DNA of 38,282 nucleotides from Sumerlaeia bacterium (GTDB taxonomy: Bacteria; Sumerlaeota; Sumerlaeia; SLMS01; JAHLLQ01), in contig JAVJSW010000013.1 of assembly GCA_040219255.1 (NCBI GenBank), positions 1 through 38,282 of the forward strand, in the 5' to 3' direction. A model generated the notes under the pieces. It had not been told where the DNA came from. It searched no databases and saw nothing but the letters and a program-made list of their open reading frames with translations. The position numbers and the translations under genes are program-made. Below are positions 1-7,618 of the stretch, in pieces. The stretch's first letter is position 1. Each line of letters opens with the position of its first letter.

Positions 1-14
1 TGCGGTGAAATCCC
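1..14. repeat. Partial right end of an intergenic fold-back repeat (CACCRCAGAG subtype), truncated by the window edge
   Basis: TGCGGTGAAATCCC resembles the right end CTCTGCGGTGATTC (~34970-34983) and the reverse complement of GGAAATTCACCACAG (26440). Confidence 0.4.
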
Positions 15-91
15 TTCCCCTCGCCACCTCCAAAGCCCTCCCCTTCCTCGACTTACCCGCCCGTAAGTCCCTTTTGTTCGATAAGTGCAAC

Positions 92-158
92 AAGTGTATC
101 TTGTCTTTCTTGTCCCCGAAGCTCCACATGAGGGGACAAACGGCGGGGCTTGTGAGAG
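92..158 (+). repeat. 67-bp direct repeat, copy 1 (internal TTGTCCCC...GGGGACAA palindrome)
   Basis: 64/67 identical to 4012-4078 by manual alignment; followed by GGAGG and ATG at 206. Confidence 0.9.
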
Positions 159-259
159 CCTCCTTCTGACCCGGCAACCACGCACCGGCCCGAAGGAGGA
201 TCACCATGAAAACCCGCGCGCCAAACCATCCCATCCCCACAGCGGCCATCGCCCACCCG

Positions 260-781
260 TCAGCCCCGCATCACCCGCACCACCGCCTCGCGGTCGCGCT
301 TCAGCGTCTCGTAGTTGAGGTCCAGACCCATCGGCCCCAGCAACTGCTTCAGATAGTCATAGACCGGAACCATCGACTCGAAGGGTGCCGCCGCCAGATC
401 GAAGGGCGTCGCCCCCATGTTGTTTTTGGCGGCGGGGTCCGCGCCGGCCTCAAGCAGCGACTCGACGACCTCAGTCCGCCCGAAGAGCGCCGCGGCATGC
501 AGCGCGGTCGAACCGTCGTTGTTGCGCACCTCGAGCCCCGCCCCGGACGCGATCAGGAACTGCGCGGCTTCCGTGTGGTCGAACGCGATTGCCGTCAGCA
601 GCGCGGTGCCTCCAAAGGCATCCTTCTCGTCCAGGTCGGCCCCCTGGGTCACGGCGGTCTTCAAAGCGGCGACATCGCCCCGCAAAGCCGCGTCATGAAT
701 GGAAACGGTCGGGGTCGCGGACTGTTGTTGGCAAGCCATCAAAAGGATGGCGAAGGACAGGGATATGAAAAGTTTAAGCAT
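260..781 (-). CDS. Ankyrin-repeat lipoprotein
   Basis: Signal peptide with lipobox LMAC; ankyrin motifs GGTALLTA, GSTALHAAALFG, GATPFDLA. Confidence 0.9.
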   Translation of the reverse strand: MLKLFISLSFAILLMACQQQSATPTVSIHDAALRGDVAALKTAVTQGADLDEKDAFGGTALLTAIAFDHTEAAQFLIASGAGLEVRNNDGSTALHAAALFGRTEVVESLLEAGADPAAKNNMGATPFDLAAAPFESMVPVYDYLKQLLGPMGLDLNYETLKRDREAVVRVMRG

Positions 782-868
782 AATTGGTCTCCGAATATGG
801 AAAATGAGGGAAAAGATTGCGAAAAATCGCCTGACTGGTTGTGGATCTCGATGAAGTGTGTGAGAGAA

Positions 869-2002
869 TTACGACGCGAGCGATACCTCCTTTCGCGAGG
901 ATGTTGTGTCCAGAATGGGCGCGGCCTTCTTCCGTTTCCACTTCATGCCAAAGAAGGGGCGCAGAAGCGGAATCCTCCGCAGGATTTCATACAGCGCGAA
1001 GCACCCGGCAAACGTTCCCACAAGGAGCAGAACAAGCTTGGCCACAGCCGGGATCGCGAGTGGCATAATGACAAAGGACAGAGCATACTGAACCGGCATG
1101 TGAACGATATAGACGGGGTAAACGGCCGCGCTAAGATAACTCAAAGCCCGCGAAGAGCGATTCAGATAAAGCGAGGAAAACCCGACAATGGCCAGCATCC
1201 AGCACGTGGACTCGATCGCCGTGACGAAGTGGACGCCCTGCATCTCCCACACGAACAGCCGCACCCCATACAACCCCAACGCCCCGCCCAGAGCAATCCA
1301 GCGCAGCCGGCCCACCGCGTTCCAGAACGCCTCGCCCAGGCAGACCGCCACGAAACCGGCGAAGAAACAGATCATGCCTATCAGAAAACCATGGAGGCTG
1401 TTGTAATACATACTGAAATTGGCGGGTTCGACGATCCAGGCTTCCAACGCCAACGGCACGGCCAGCAGAAACAGCCATCCTGGAAAGGACAATCTCCGGC
1501 GAATCCAATCGAGTTTGCCCTGGAACCCATCGCTCTTGAACCACACAAAGACCGGCAGCAGAATCACCACATAGGCAAACAGGTTCGCCAGGAACCACAA
1601 ATGCCCCATCGCCGGCACATAACGCACGCCCAAACCATACCACTTCAACGCCATCGCGATATAGAGCGGACAAATGACAAAGAACCCGAACGCCAGAGGA
1701 AGCAACAGACGCCATGCCCGATCACCCAGCAGGGCAACCCAATCGCGATTGCGCATCGCGAACCCCACACCCATTCCGGATATCAGGAACAACAGCGGAA
1801 TGCGCCACACATTCAACATTCCCATGGCGGGCCAGAGCCATTCGATCGGCTCCTTGTTCGTGATAAACAGTATCATTCCGCCCCAGGGCTGAAACGCGAT
1901 CACCAGGTGATACAGAATCAAAAACCCCAGCGCGAGCGTTCGCATCCAATCGACATCATGGCGCCTCTTGGACATGGAAATTGCAGTGGAAGACATAGAC
2001 AT
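869..2002 (-). CDS. Acyltransferase family 3 (OpgC/MdoC-like) membrane protein
   Basis: RRHDVDWMR...YH, WRIPLLFLISG, HLWFL, VYPVYIVHMP motifs; multiple TM segments; start uncertain (2002/1996/1975). Confidence 0.88.
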   Translation of the reverse strand: MSMSSTAISMSKRRHDVDWMRTLALGFLILYHLVIAFQPWGGMILFITNKEPIEWLWPAMGMLNVWRIPLLFLISGMGVGFAMRNRDWVALLGDRAWRLLLPLAFGFFVICPLYIAMALKWYGLGVRYVPAMGHLWFLANLFAYVVILLPVFVWFKSDGFQGKLDWIRRRLSFPGWLFLLAVPLALEAWIVEPANFSMYYNSLHGFLIGMICFFAGFVAVCLGEAFWNAVGRLRWIALGGALGLYGVRLFVWEMQGVHFVTAIESTCWMLAIVGFSSLYLNRSSRALSYLSAAVYPVYIVHMPVQYALSFVIMPLAIPAVAKLVLLLVGTFAGCFALYEILRRIPLLRPFFGMKWKRKKAAPILDTTSSRKEVSLAS

Positions 2003-2084
2003 CCCTTTCCTGGGCCTGGGTGACAAGCTCAAATGCAGACTTGGTGGTTATCGAAAAATTCAAACGGTGACAGCGATGGTTTCG

Positions 2085-3824
2085 CTACTCTGGCAAATAC
2101 GTAATCACCATCATTTCACGTCGGCGTTCGTCGGGAATGGGACGCATCGCCTGCTCCTGTGGCGCCTGGCCCGGGGCGTGTATCAGCATCCGCGTCGCGA
2201 TATTCCTGCTGTGCGTTTGATGCGTCGCCATCTCCAATGTTTTCGTCTCTGGATCGATGTAGTAAGCACTCGACCCCGAGAAATCGAAATCCAGAAAGAT
2301 TTCCGTCCGCTGGCCCTGGTTCACCACGTCGGCAACCCGAAATCCTCCATCGACATCGCCGCTAAAGGTCGAACGAATCACCAATTTCTCTTGGCCGTCC
2401 ACCAGGGTCAAACCTTCGTACTGGGTTACACTATGAATATTCATAAACGCACCATCATAGCCCGGGATTTCCACCCGGTCATCCGTCACCAGCTCTTCAC
2501 CGCGCGTCCATTCGGCCCGCGCCAGGATCCGGGTCATGTCCGACTGACGCATCGCCTGGCCGATGTATTCGCCCATTTCCGGCGTGATCGGCGCGTCCGA
2601 TTCCATCGTGTCCGTGCCCCCCGCCGGGCCGCAGATCGCCGTGTACTGGAACCCCTCCAGCATCGGAATCAGCCCCTCCTTCGGGTCCCCGGCGGGCATC
2701 TCCAGGTCCTCGATCGTGATCCGCAGCCGAGCCCCTGTATCCTGCCGAGCCTCCACGACTTCCGCGCGCATCGTCATCGCGGCGCCGCTTTCCACCCACG
2801 TGTTGTTCTGGTACGTCTGGTTGATGGATCGAACCCGCCAACCGCTCACGCCCTGGTACAGCGTGGGAATCGTAATCGATTCAAATTCAGCACTCCGCGC
2901 CACCAAAGCGGCGGACTCGGCGGGGAAGGCCGGTTCGGCCGCTTCCCGATAGACATGGTACCCGCCCGCGCCGAGAGCCCCCGCGGCCAACGCCGCCGCC
3001 GACCCCTTCGCGGCGATCGCCGCCGGCCCGCCGGTTGTGAAGAACGCGATCAGCGCCTTCACCAGCGAACCGAACGCCGTGGCCTGGGCCGCTGTGGACG
3101 AACCCGACGCCGCGGAGGGAATGCCCGTCGCGGCCGCCTGGGCCAGCGCGCTCCGGCTGACCCCCGTCATCAACGCCGCCGCCGCCACCACGCGCATCGT
3201 CCGCTGGGCCAACACCGGCCGCGCCCGCATCGGCTGCGTCGCCTCGCGCAGAACCGGCTCCAGCTCGCTCTTCAGCCGCAGCAGACTACGGTCCAGAGTC
3301 CGCCCCACCGTCGAAGGATGCACCCGCAACCGGTCGGCGATGTCCTTCTTCGAGCACCCCTCCATATAATGCAGCAGCACCATCTCGCGCTCGTCCGGGC
3401 TCAGGGCGAAAATCGCTTCCTTCAGCAGCTCCGCCTCCTGCCCCGCGCCCGCCGCCTCGCGGGGCGAATCCGTCTCTTCCGGAATGTTTTCCAAAGCCTC
3501 TTCCTCCAACTCAACCATCGGGAGAAGACGCGACGACCGCCGCTTCGACCGGCTCCAGTTCGACCCCAGGTTCCGCGCCATCCGCGCCACCCAGGAGGGA
3601 AACGCCTCGGGCCGGTGCAGCTTCGCCAGGTTCAGGAACGCCCGCAGAAACACCTCCTGCGTCAGGTCCTCGGCCGCTTCCGCACGGCCCAGCCGAGCCA
3701 GCGAAATCGCGTACACCAGCGGATAGTGGCTCTTCACCAGGTGATCGAACGCGCCGCTGTCTCCGGACAAAACACGCTGAATGGCTCTCGCATCGGCTTT
3801 GGCTTGGTCTTCGGCAGGACTCAT
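2085..3824 (-). CDS. ECF sigma-70 factor with long C-terminal extension (Ala/Gly-rich hydrophobic segment plus soluble domain)
   Basis: Region 2 AEDLTQEVFLRAF...FPSWVARMARN; region 4 LSPDEREMVLLHYMEGCSKKDIADRL; about 390 extra residues. Confidence 0.9.
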   Translation of the reverse strand: MSPAEDQAKADARAIQRVLSGDSGAFDHLVKSHYPLVYAISLARLGRAEAAEDLTQEVFLRAFLNLAKLHRPEAFPSWVARMARNLGSNWSRSKRRSSRLLPMVELEEEALENIPEETDSPREAAGAGQEAELLKEAIFALSPDEREMVLLHYMEGCSKKDIADRLRVHPSTVGRTLDRSLLRLKSELEPVLREATQPMRARPVLAQRTMRVVAAAALMTGVSRSALAQAAATGIPSAASGSSTAAQATAFGSLVKALIAFFTTGGPAAIAAKGSAAALAAGALGAGGYHVYREAAEPAFPAESAALVARSAEFESITIPTLYQGVSGWRVRSINQTYQNNTWVESGAAMTMRAEVVEARQDTGARLRITIEDLEMPAGDPKEGLIPMLEGFQYTAICGPAGGTDTMESDAPITPEMGEYIGQAMRQSDMTRILARAEWTRGEELVTDDRVEIPGYDGAFMNIHSVTQYEGLTLVDGQEKLVIRSTFSGDVDGGFRVADVVNQGQRTEIFLDFDFSGSSAYYIDPETKTLEMATHQTHSRNIATRMLIHAPGQAPQEQAMRPIPDERRREMMVITYLPE

Positions 3825-3877
3825 CGGCTCGTCTTCTCGTCAAATAAGCAGGGGAATAACTCCCCTTCACCCACAGA

Positions 3878-3903
3878 AGACACCGGGCCGCGAAGAAAAT
3901 TGC
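3878..3903 (-). promoter_or_regulatory. Candidate ECF-type (autoregulated) promoter
   Basis: Minus strand GCAATT-N15-TGTCT about 55-80 nt upstream of the ECF gene; resembles AAC/CGT-type ECF promoters only loosely. Confidence 0.3.
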
Positions 3904-4011
3904 GGAGAAAATCGCGGCGAGGCGGATTTTTTTGGAATACCCAGCTCCGGACACGCCCCAATCCCTGGCCCGACCCCAATGTCCTCGGGCCGCTTGTCTG
4001 TTTTGTCTGAT

Positions 4012-4078
4012 AAGTGAATCTTGTCTTTCTTGTCCCGTAAGCTCCACATGAGGGGACAAACGGCGGGGCTTGTGAGAG
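4012..4078 (+). repeat. 67-bp direct repeat, copy 2
   Basis: 64/67 identical to 92-158; followed by AAGGA and ATG at 4118. Confidence 0.9.
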
Positions 4079-4241
4079 GCTGATCCCAATGCCACTCCAG
4101 CCAAGGACCCCGCCGCCATGACTCACACCACCATCGCCCCAATCCTGTCGCCTCGACAAGAAGCCGTTGAGCCGGTTTCCCTTGCAGGCCGAACCTTGCA
4201 AACCGAATCCCGCCAGACCCATTTCGGACCCCGCCCCGCCC

Positions 4242-4871
4242 ATGTCCCGCTCCATCGCCCTCTACCACCACCTCTGGGAATTCAACGAAGGCCGCGGCGT
4301 GATGGCGTTGCTGCATGGCACCGGCGGCGACGAAACGAGCCTCCTGCCCATCGCCCGCACGGTGGCTCCGGGGGCCGCGCTCCTGAGCCTGCGCGGCAAT
4401 GTGCGCAACGATATGGGCGATCTGCGCTTCATCGCGGGCGGGCCGCCGTTTGCCTATCGGGCGGCGGATGTGAAGCCTCGGGCCCACGACGTGGCGGATT
4501 TCTTGAACGCCGCGGCGGCGCGCTATGGCTTCGATCTGGAGGACCTGACGGTGATGGGCTACAGCAACGGCGGCACGCTGACCGGCGGGATGCTGCTGAC
4601 CCGGCCCGAGGTCGTCCGCCGCGCCGTGCTGTTCCGCCCCATGGTGCCGATGGAACTGCCGCCGGATCACAATCTGGCGGGCAAGGAGGTCCTGATCCTC
4701 GGCGGGCGCCGCGACGACATCTGCCCCCCCGAGGACAGCGAGCGCCTGGCCCAGATGCTGACCCTGGCGGGGGCCCGGGTCCGCCTGCGATGGCGCGACG
4801 CCGGGCATCTGCTGCACCCGGACGACTTTGAGGATGTGAAGGAGTGGTTGGCCAGAGACGAAGAAGGCTGA
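4242..4871 (+). CDS. Alpha/beta hydrolase (phospholipase/carboxylesterase, MhqD-like)
   Basis: LLHGTGG, nucleophile GYSNG, DDICP, C-terminal GH. Confidence 0.9.
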   Translation: MSRSIALYHHLWEFNEGRGVMALLHGTGGDETSLLPIARTVAPGAALLSLRGNVRNDMGDLRFIAGGPPFAYRAADVKPRAHDVADFLNAAAARYGFDLEDLTVMGYSNGGTLTGGMLLTRPEVVRRAVLFRPMVPMELPPDHNLAGKEVLILGGRRDDICPPEDSERLAQMLTLAGARVRLRWRDAGHLLHPDDFEDVKEWLARDEEG

Positions 4872-4885
4872 CGGAGAATCCCTCA

Positions 4886-5476
4886 ATGAATCCCCACCCC
4901 CGCTTTGACGAAATCGCCACCGCACTCGCCAGCCTTCGCGCCGCCGGAGACCTCAGGCCCTGGAATGGCCTGCTCTATCGCTACACCTCCAGCAAATACG
5001 CCTCGGGTGCCCAAATCCTCAGCGGCATCGGAGCCTATCGCGCCGGAGGGCGCTGGGGCTATCGCGGCGTTTACCACGCGATTTACTGTGCTTCGAATCC
5101 CGACCTCGGCCACCGCGAGTATTTCGCCTGGTATCGCTTCGCCGGCCTGCCTCTGCACAAAGCCATGCCCCTGACTGGCAAAGCCATTGAGGCGGCCCTG
5201 GATGTCACCGTGGACCTTCGCGAAGCAACGATTCTGAGCGCACTGGGCGTCACGGCCGAGAACCTGCGCACTGATCCCTGGCGCGATCTCTCCGACAACG
5301 GAGACGAATCCCTTTGCCAAGCCATCGGCCGCGCCGCTCTCAACAGCGGAGGAGAAGCCCTTTTTGTTCCCTCCGCCCATGCCGAAGGTGCTGGCGACTT
5401 CAACGTCGTCCTCGTCCGCGAAAACATCGTTCCTCTCCAAGACAAACTGCGCGTCCTGCGCCGAGGCTCCCACTAA
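4886..5476 (+). CDS. RES-domain toxin-like protein
   Basis: LYR, GGRW, AIYCA...RE, LFVPSA, FNVVL: R, E and S all present; GGAG upstream of ATG. Confidence 0.85.
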   Translation: MNPHPRFDEIATALASLRAAGDLRPWNGLLYRYTSSKYASGAQILSGIGAYRAGGRWGYRGVYHAIYCASNPDLGHREYFAWYRFAGLPLHKAMPLTGKAIEAALDVTVDLREATILSALGVTAENLRTDPWRDLSDNGDESLCQAIGRAALNSGGEALFVPSAHAEGAGDFNVVLVRENIVPLQDKLRVLRRGSH

Positions 5477-5504
5477 GAATATGCAAATTTGCGCGACGAT
5501 TTGC

Positions 5505-5537
5505 TTGCACCTTCAAAGTCCCTCCTTCTATGGTGCA
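5505..5537 (+). promoter_or_regulatory. Putative sigma70 promoter with overlapping inverted repeat (operator)
   Basis: TTGCAC-N18-TATGGT; TGCACC (5506) and GGTGCA (5532) are reverse complements; GCAAATTTGC palindrome just upstream. Confidence 0.5.
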
Positions 5538-5567
5538 TTCAGAGTTCAGCAGGGGAGCAAAATCACC

Positions 5568-5996
5568 ATGTCGCAGACCACCCAAACCAAACGTCAAGCC
5601 AAGCGCCGTAACACCCCCCGCAAGCCCGCGGGCCGTGCGGCCAGCGGCCCCATCACCCTTCGCTCCACCAGCGACGACTTGCGCGCCGTCCGAGCCAGCC
5701 TGGGCGTCAACCAGCAGCTCATGCACCGCCTCACCGGCCTTTCGGTCCGCACCTTGTCGAGCCTTGAGACCGGCGGCAAGAACCCCAACCAGGACGACGT
5801 GCGCCGCTATCAGGAGCTTGCCCGCCTGCGCCGGGAACTCGCCTATCTTGTCGAGCCTCAAGCCATCGCCCCCTGGCTTCAAACCCCCAACGAAGCCCTG
5901 GGCGGAGCTAGCCCATTGGAACTGATCGAGCGCGGCGAGTCCGACCGCCTCTGGCGCCTCATCTGGCGCCTGCAGGATGGCGTGCCGCTGGATTGA
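5568..5996 (+). CDS. Xre-HTH / MbcA-ParS-like antitoxin
   Basis: HTH (VRASLGVNQQLMHRLTGLSVRTLSSLETG) plus C-terminal WLQTPNEALGGASPLELI; GGGGAG RBS. Confidence 0.85.
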   Translation: MSQTTQTKRQAKRRNTPRKPAGRAASGPITLRSTSDDLRAVRASLGVNQQLMHRLTGLSVRTLSSLETGGKNPNQDDVRRYQELARLRRELAYLVEPQAIAPWLQTPNEALGGASPLELIERGESDRLWRLIWRLQDGVPLD

Positions 5997-6041
5997 CCCG
6001 GGCGCATCGCGGCTTCTCAGTTTGTGGTTGGCGGAGACCGC

Positions 6042-7400
6042 CTAAGAAATCGCCACCGGCGGCGGCTCGATCAGGGAGGCCATGCGGCCGGCGAGGGAGA
6101 TTTCGCGCAGCATGGGCTGCTGATCGGGCAGGAATTCGATGTCCGGATCGCCTTCGCGCAACTTGGCTTCCATGCGCCGCAAGCTGTCGAGAACGCGTTC
6201 GAGGGTCGTCACGTCGAACTCCGTTTCCGGCAGGTAGGTCAGCACCCGGCGGTAGAACCGGCCGAGGTTCGAGTCGGAGCCGAGGCGTTCGACGACGTGT
6301 TCGAGGTAGGCGGCGACGGCTTCCGGGGGATAGTCTTCCAGGGCCCCGGAGCGACTCCACTGGATGCCGGCTTCCATGGGCAAGGGAGCGGGCTTTTCGT
6401 CGCGCCGCCCGTGGCCCAGGTCGGGATCGAGCACCAGGAATCCGGGCGAGGACGCCCCCGCCAGATCGGCGCTGTGGCGGGCCACTTCGTCCTGCCAGGA
6501 AAAAGCCGGCAGGACCGGGTAGCGGTGCTCGCCGGTGCGGCCGTCGGTGGCGGCCAGGATTTCGCGCCAAGGCCTCTGCGGGTTCGTGCGCTCGACGATC
6601 AACTCGCCCATGAGCCCATCGCGCACCCATCCGTACCAGGGGCAATGCTCGGTGGGCCGTTCGCCCGGCGGAGGCACCAGCGCCTTCCATCCGATGTCGC
6701 GGCGCACTTCGCCCACGCGGGCCTTCATGTACTCGGTGAAATGCCGCAACTCCATGGCGATCCATTGCTGCCAATCGAGAAGCGATTGGCGGTCCGCTTC
6801 CGTCAGAAGGTACTCGAACCGCAGACCGAGGGCGGCTTCCGCCCGTTCCTGGCTGCGGAAGGAGCAGCAGAACAGATGATCGGGGTTTTCCGCCGGCAGC
6901 GGCAACCGCCTCAGATCGAACACGATGCCACTGAACGGATAGGACTCCGCCAGCCGCACCAGCGTGTCGCCCAGATACCGGCGCCAGGAATCGTTCACCC
7001 ACGAAAAAAGCGGGTTGGTGGTGTCGCGGCCCAGCGGCAGCGTCTGACCCGCGGCGTTGCGCATCAACCACTCGCGGTGGCGGCGGGCCAGGCGGCTCAG
7101 CCTCCCCGTGCCAGCGGGGCCGGCGGAGAGGAAATCGACGTAGAGCCAGACCGAGCAATCGCTGCGGCCGAGTGAAGCGTTCAGCAGATTGACCACCGGG
7201 GCGCGGCTGGTGCGCAGCACGGCCGCGTCCGCCGCCAGCCGGCCGGCGCTCAGATACGGCAGCACCACCGTGTTGTAACCGCGGCCGAGATACTCGTCGA
7301 GAAAGCGCCCGGCGGACTGGAAGCGCAGGCGCGCGGGCTGGGGCAGCAAGGCGGCCCGCGTCTGGGCGGAAAAGGTGGCGGGGGCGGTTCTCTTGGCCAT
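6042..7400 (-). CDS. Glycosyl-hydrolase-like family 10 (GHL10/DUF187-like) protein, divergent
   Basis: GYNTVVL, HREW, RRYL...YPFSGIVFDLRRLP, WQQW, WYGWVRDGL follow the GHL10 motif order. Confidence 0.6.
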   Translation of the reverse strand: MAKRTAPATFSAQTRAALLPQPARLRFQSAGRFLDEYLGRGYNTVVLPYLSAGRLAADAAVLRTSRAPVVNLLNASLGRSDCSVWLYVDFLSAGPAGTGRLSRLARRHREWLMRNAAGQTLPLGRDTTNPLFSWVNDSWRRYLGDTLVRLAESYPFSGIVFDLRRLPLPAENPDHLFCCSFRSQERAEAALGLRFEYLLTEADRQSLLDWQQWIAMELRHFTEYMKARVGEVRRDIGWKALVPPPGERPTEHCPWYGWVRDGLMGELIVERTNPQRPWREILAATDGRTGEHRYPVLPAFSWQDEVARHSADLAGASSPGFLVLDPDLGHGRRDEKPAPLPMEAGIQWSRSGALEDYPPEAVAAYLEHVVERLGSDSNLGRFYRRVLTYLPETEFDVTTLERVLDSLRRMEAKLREGDPDIEFLPDQQPMLREISLAGRMASLIEPPPVAIS

Positions 7401-7618
7401 CGGTCGGGGGGCGCGATCCTTGCCGTGCGTTTTACTGAAACGCCTCCGTTAGGCGCACGTTTGCTCTTTACAGTCCTGGTCTGGCGGCTCACCCTTTAAT
7501 CAGGCTTCCGCCAGGCTGGCTCCGCCATTCTGGCGGACCTCTTGCATCTACCGTCAAGAGAGCGGCAAAGGAAAGCCAATTTCCCCAGCCGCCGATTACG
7601 CCTCGAACCGAGACGAGA

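Noticed and set aside
206-2023. 605-aa + strand ORF with a strong GGAGG RBS
   Set aside because: Antisense shadow of the ankyrin and acyltransferase genes with no recognisable motifs; only its RBS/ATG is kept as part of the direct-repeat finding.
1968-4010. Long antisense ORFs (also 7496-9733, 22300-24114, 28188-29768, 31602-32891)
   Set aside because: Typical high-GC shadow frames opposite well-supported genes.
4118-4831. 237-aa ORF following direct-repeat copy 2
   Set aside because: Out-of-frame overlap with the hydrolase; R/G/P-rich composition typical of non-coding frames.
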